From positions 1 to 64,000 of IMG/VR virus record IMGVR_UViG_3300048591_000147: a DNA stretch of 64,000 nt, one strand, 5' to 3'. Below the pieces are notes generated by a model, which was given only the letters and a program-made list of their open reading frames with translations, had not been told where the DNA came from and ran no database searches. The translations under genes and the position numbers were made by a program. How positions within the stretch are numbered: position 1 is the stretch's first letter; each line of letters starts with the position of its first letter. This document shows, in pieces, positions 60,352 to 64,000 of this stretch.

Positions 60352-62561
60352 ATGACTGACGAAATTACTAAAGAATTGGGCAAGATCAAAAACGTGAAGT
60401 TTGGGCATGTTGGCTATAATGACGCAGGGCTGGGAATCCAATTTGAGCTAGGTGGTGAATCATGGGGTGTCTGCGACACCAAATGGACTTGGGATTACAA
60501 TCTAATTAAGCGTGATTCGCATACGCGATGGACAGAAGAAGAACGAGAAAAGCTTCATATTGAAATGCTTAAATTTATCTCTAACCTTCTGAGAGATGCC
60601 AAGGTGGACAGTATCGAAAAATTAAAAGGCAAACCAATTGAAGTGACATTCAGGGGCTTCAATACGCTAGATAGCTGGCGAATTCTTTCGGAAGTGCTAT
60701 GAAAGCCAGTGAACTAATTGATCGTCTAAAGCTCATGATAGAAGAGCAGGGTGATTACGAGGTTTTCTATTCAGATTACTGGCGTGGTGCTGAAGTTGTA
60801 CATTTTATCAAGATTGAATCTAATATCAGAAATAACGACAAAGTTATTCTATTATCTTAAAGGAAAGGTATATGTTTCTATTTTATGTTCTACCAATGAT
60901 TATCGTTCTACTGTCATTGTATTATTTCACATTCGTAGTTGATCCTGTTAAGATTCACAATGGGATGGTGGTGCTTCTATTTGCATGTGCTTTTATGCCG
61001 TTAATGAATATCTTGGTTGTGGGTGGACTGATTATCTTTTGGCTTATAGAAAGTGATTGGTCTAATAGCACGTTCCGAAAGCCATGGTAAGCGTCTGGGC
61101 GACATCATACAAATGCGCTGCATGCAACGATCAACTGATCAATATAACACAACTACAATATTCAGACCGCCCCGTAGTCAAATCGTTGAACCCGTGTAGC
61201 AACTGTGATAGAATACAGCAGATAGATAAGGACGTTCAAAATGATCTGGGACTCACCGCGCAAGAGTAATGGCGATATATTTTATAAAACACATTTCTGC
61301 ATCATGCCATTTCCATATAAAGATAAAACATATTGGTTCGAAAAGTTGTACCTGAAAATGGAATACAATAGAACCTGTGGACCGGATGGCGAATGTGGTG
61401 ACAATCACAAAATTCTGGAATTGCGATTATCCCCCGAAGAAGGTGTAATTTACGAATGAGTATGACATTTGCGCTCTTACTTGCTCTACATTTCTTATAC
61501 CACCTAATTGCTACTATTACAGTGGTGTACTCACTGTATCACTCTAATACCGTACACAAACGCGCGTGGTGGAAGTTAGCCGCAGCCTTTGCGTGGACTG
61601 CACTATCTGTGTATCTTGCAGTAGAAGTGTTTCTAGGCGCACACAATCATGTCTAGAAAGAACAAAGTCTATAAAGAAAAAGCTAAGAAATCACTAGCAG
61701 ATCATGCGGATATCAATTGTGAAAAATGCGGTGCCGTGGGGTCGGAACATTCTTGCCCATATTCGGAAGAAATGAGTGGTACTGACGAATATTTTGCGTG
61801 TACCTGTTGCAGGGCATGTACCAGACAATGTGCAGAGGATATTTAAAATGAAAGTCAAAAACGAAAAGACGATTACGCTATCTGCGAAACAGTTAGAAAT
61901 GATATTGAATAATATGTTTGTGGCTGAATTTGCTCCTAGCACGAAGTTACAAATCTCATTTTTGCTAGAGCCCTATGGCGATGATGAAGACCGATTCAGC
62001 AGATACAGGCTTGACCGTGTCACTGTATCTGGCGTCGAAGAACTCGAATGGAATAAAAATCATGAGCACTAAATTCAAATATCTAATCAGAGATTATTCA
62101 AGAGTTAACTATAATAGTATGCTTATTGAACGCAACATCAATATCCTCGGAGATGATGGATGGGAATTAGTAAGTGTTAGATGGGAAGGCGATCTCACGC
62201 AGTGTTTCTTTAAGAAAACTATAAATATTATAGCAAACACTGGACCGAGATGAAACGACCATTAAAATTGTCAATTAAATTAGATCTACCTTGCGGATGT
62301 GTGGAAGAACACACCTTTGATGAGGGAGAGATAGTATATTTTATTGAGCGCGAAGATAAATTATTAGATCAAGAACTATTTGGTTTCTGGATCAACCAGA
62401 AGATCAACAAACACCTGTGCGTTGCATCTACCGAAGATGTGGAAAGATATTTATTATTGGTTGTGAACGAAGCTTATAGAGACAGAACTGACTATGAAGA
62501 AGATGTAGTCAGATTTTTAGCCAACATGTACGCGAAGAAAGAGCGTAAGAAAATTGTATGA
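60352..62561 (+). CDS. Run of small hypothetical ORFs (60352, 60872, 61084, 61241, 61456, 61649, about 61848, about 62082, 62250)
   Basis: Packed + strand ORFs. Confidence 0.45.
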
Positions 62562-62730
62562 CTTTATTTTACATTCTCCCACTAATAGTATTAATCACAA
62601 TCGCCTGCTCAATTGACCATAGTTCTTTTGATGGTATAATTTTATTTGTTATAGCATTTGTCCCGATCATAAACATCCTTGTTCTGGTCTTCCTACTTTA
62701 TTTGTTTATAACTTCCTACAGAAATCCTAA

Positions 62731-63258
62731 TTAAAAGAATTTCTTGAACCTATCCTTCCATGATGGAGGGGTTGTGCTAGGATCGGATGCTGTCTGAGCT
62801 TTAAGAGAGGCAGCAGCTTCTGGTGATGTATTACGAGGTCCAACATTCAATGGAGCCAATGAACCGACATTTCGCCCGTTGCTGTTCTGTTCCATTTCAT
62901 AATTATATCGGATATTATCTACGATATCATCGACAAGTTTGCCAGCGGTCTGTAGGTTGCTCATGATACGAGAGGTATTCTTTTTGACAGATTCCTTTCC
63001 AGCTTTGTATTTCTCTAGAGCTTCAGGGTCTTTGGCAAACTTTTCTTTATCCATTAAATAGAATTTGCTTAATTTCTTGACCAGTGCCATTCCACGTCTA
63101 GCGGCTTCCAATCGTGCGACAGCTAAATCAAACTGCTGATCTATGTCCATGCCTTCAGGAAGATCGCCTGTACCCTCGTTGATCTTCTCTAATTCATTCT
63201 GAAGGATTTCAACTTGAGTAGAACTCAAGTTGTCCTGTATCTCTTTAATTAAACTCAT
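62731..63258 (-). CDS. Hypothetical protein
   Basis: ORF with upstream late-like box. Confidence 0.55.
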   Translation of the reverse strand: MSLIKEIQDNLSSTQVEILQNELEKINEGTGDLPEGMDIDQQFDLAVARLEAARRGMALVKKLSKFYLMDKEKFAKDPEALEKYKAGKESVKKNTSRIMSNLQTAGKLVDDIVDNIRYNYEMEQNSNGRNVGSLAPLNVGPRNTSPEAAASLKAQTASDPSTTPPSWKDRFKKFF

Positions 63259-63292
63259 TTATCGATTCCTTAGATTTAATATATTTATCACA

Positions 63293-63910
63293 TTATGGAC
63301 TTATTTCGTCTAGAATAACCTGAGTGCCACGAATCGAAGCGATTCTGTATTTCTTAAAATCGATGGTATAAATCTTGTCGTGGAGAAAGGTGTCGTATTC
63401 GTGAGGAAGGTATTTTTTCAAAAATTTGGCTTTTGACATCCTAACACCTTCAACATAATACAAATATTGTGGTTTCTTCTGATCTGGATACTGAGTTATG
63501 GAAGCTGGGCCAGATATATTATGCTGTTTATGTCTAATCCACCACTCCCGATGAACGATTGAACCATCTTCAGCATAATAAATCACAGCAGGACCGTTTT
63601 CTCTATGTAATTTTCCTGCACGGTGCCAACGCTCAACGTCTGGCTGACCATTTCGATGATATGTTATCATTGCGGGTAAATCATTGCCCCTATGAAGAGC
63701 ACCATCAATGTAATATTCTTCTATTATCTTAAAGTTGGGTGTTGTGTGTACACCAAATCGTTGGACGGCTGGACCTGTTTCACAATGAAATATTTCACGC
63801 TCCGCATCTTTATATTTGTTTGCTTCAGCTAATCGCATTGGGTTATCGTAATAAATGTGCCCAACGAAACAACCATCAATAAATCCAAGGTCTTTGTAAA
63901 TTCTAGCCAT
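63293..63910 (-). CDS. MORN-like HRxxGPA-repeat protein
   Basis: HCETGPA, HRGNDLPA, HRENGPA, HNISGPA. Confidence 0.7.
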   Translation of the reverse strand: MARIYKDLGFIDGCFVGHIYYDNPMRLAEANKYKDAEREIFHCETGPAVQRFGVHTTPNFKIIEEYYIDGALHRGNDLPAMITYHRNGQPDVERWHRAGKLHRENGPAVIYYAEDGSIVHREWWIRHKQHNISGPASITQYPDQKKPQYLYYVEGVRMSKAKFLKKYLPHEYDTFLHDKIYTIDFKKYRIASIRGTQVILDEISP

Positions 63911-64000
63911 AATGTAATTCCAGTAGTCATTAGTGACGACGAGTCTAGCACAAGATCAAAAATTGCGCTACAATGTGCGTCACAAATCATACAAGGTAAT

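Noticed and set aside
1-64000. Stop-codon reassignment (alternative genetic code)
   Set aside because: Long genes are intact in code 11 and TAG terminates apparently complete genes (for example 18183..19016, 41080..41547); only the speculative CUA splice product hints at suppression

Overview
AT-rich 64-kb segment of a large tailed phage (T4-superfamily-like jumbo myovirus, judged from a gp15-like tail completion gene, TATAAATA late-promoter boxes, sigma70-type early promoters, many tRNAs and seven free-standing GIY-YIG/HNH endonucleases). 1-16 kb: two convergent, paralogous virion-accessory modules with Pro/Thr (xTPT) repeat proteins flank a glutaredoxin, a divergent vWA-metallopeptidase/MoxR-AAA pair and an amino-sugar/glycosyltransferase operon on the same strand as, and directly downstream of, tail genes. 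16-64 kb: mostly + strand small hypothetical ORFs in paralogous families, with tRNAs, homing endonucleases and many structured non-coding RNAs. The most striking signals are RNA-level. (i) Ten Y-RNA-like (Ro60-binding helix, GUCGA/CUUAY, UUAUC) elements, seven in tandem, several carrying circularly permuted tRNA domains. (ii) Two different tRNAs carry a covarying, exactly 50-nt 'mini-tRNA elbow' in the anticodon loop. (iii) A duplicated long-variable-arm tRNA-Lys has a 26-nt hairpin inserted in one copy. (iv) Several anticodon-defective tRNA mimics and unassigned structured RNAs. No Ro60/TROVE, RtcB or splicing nuclease gene is recognisable in this window. All protein assignments come from motif recognition by eye, not database searches.
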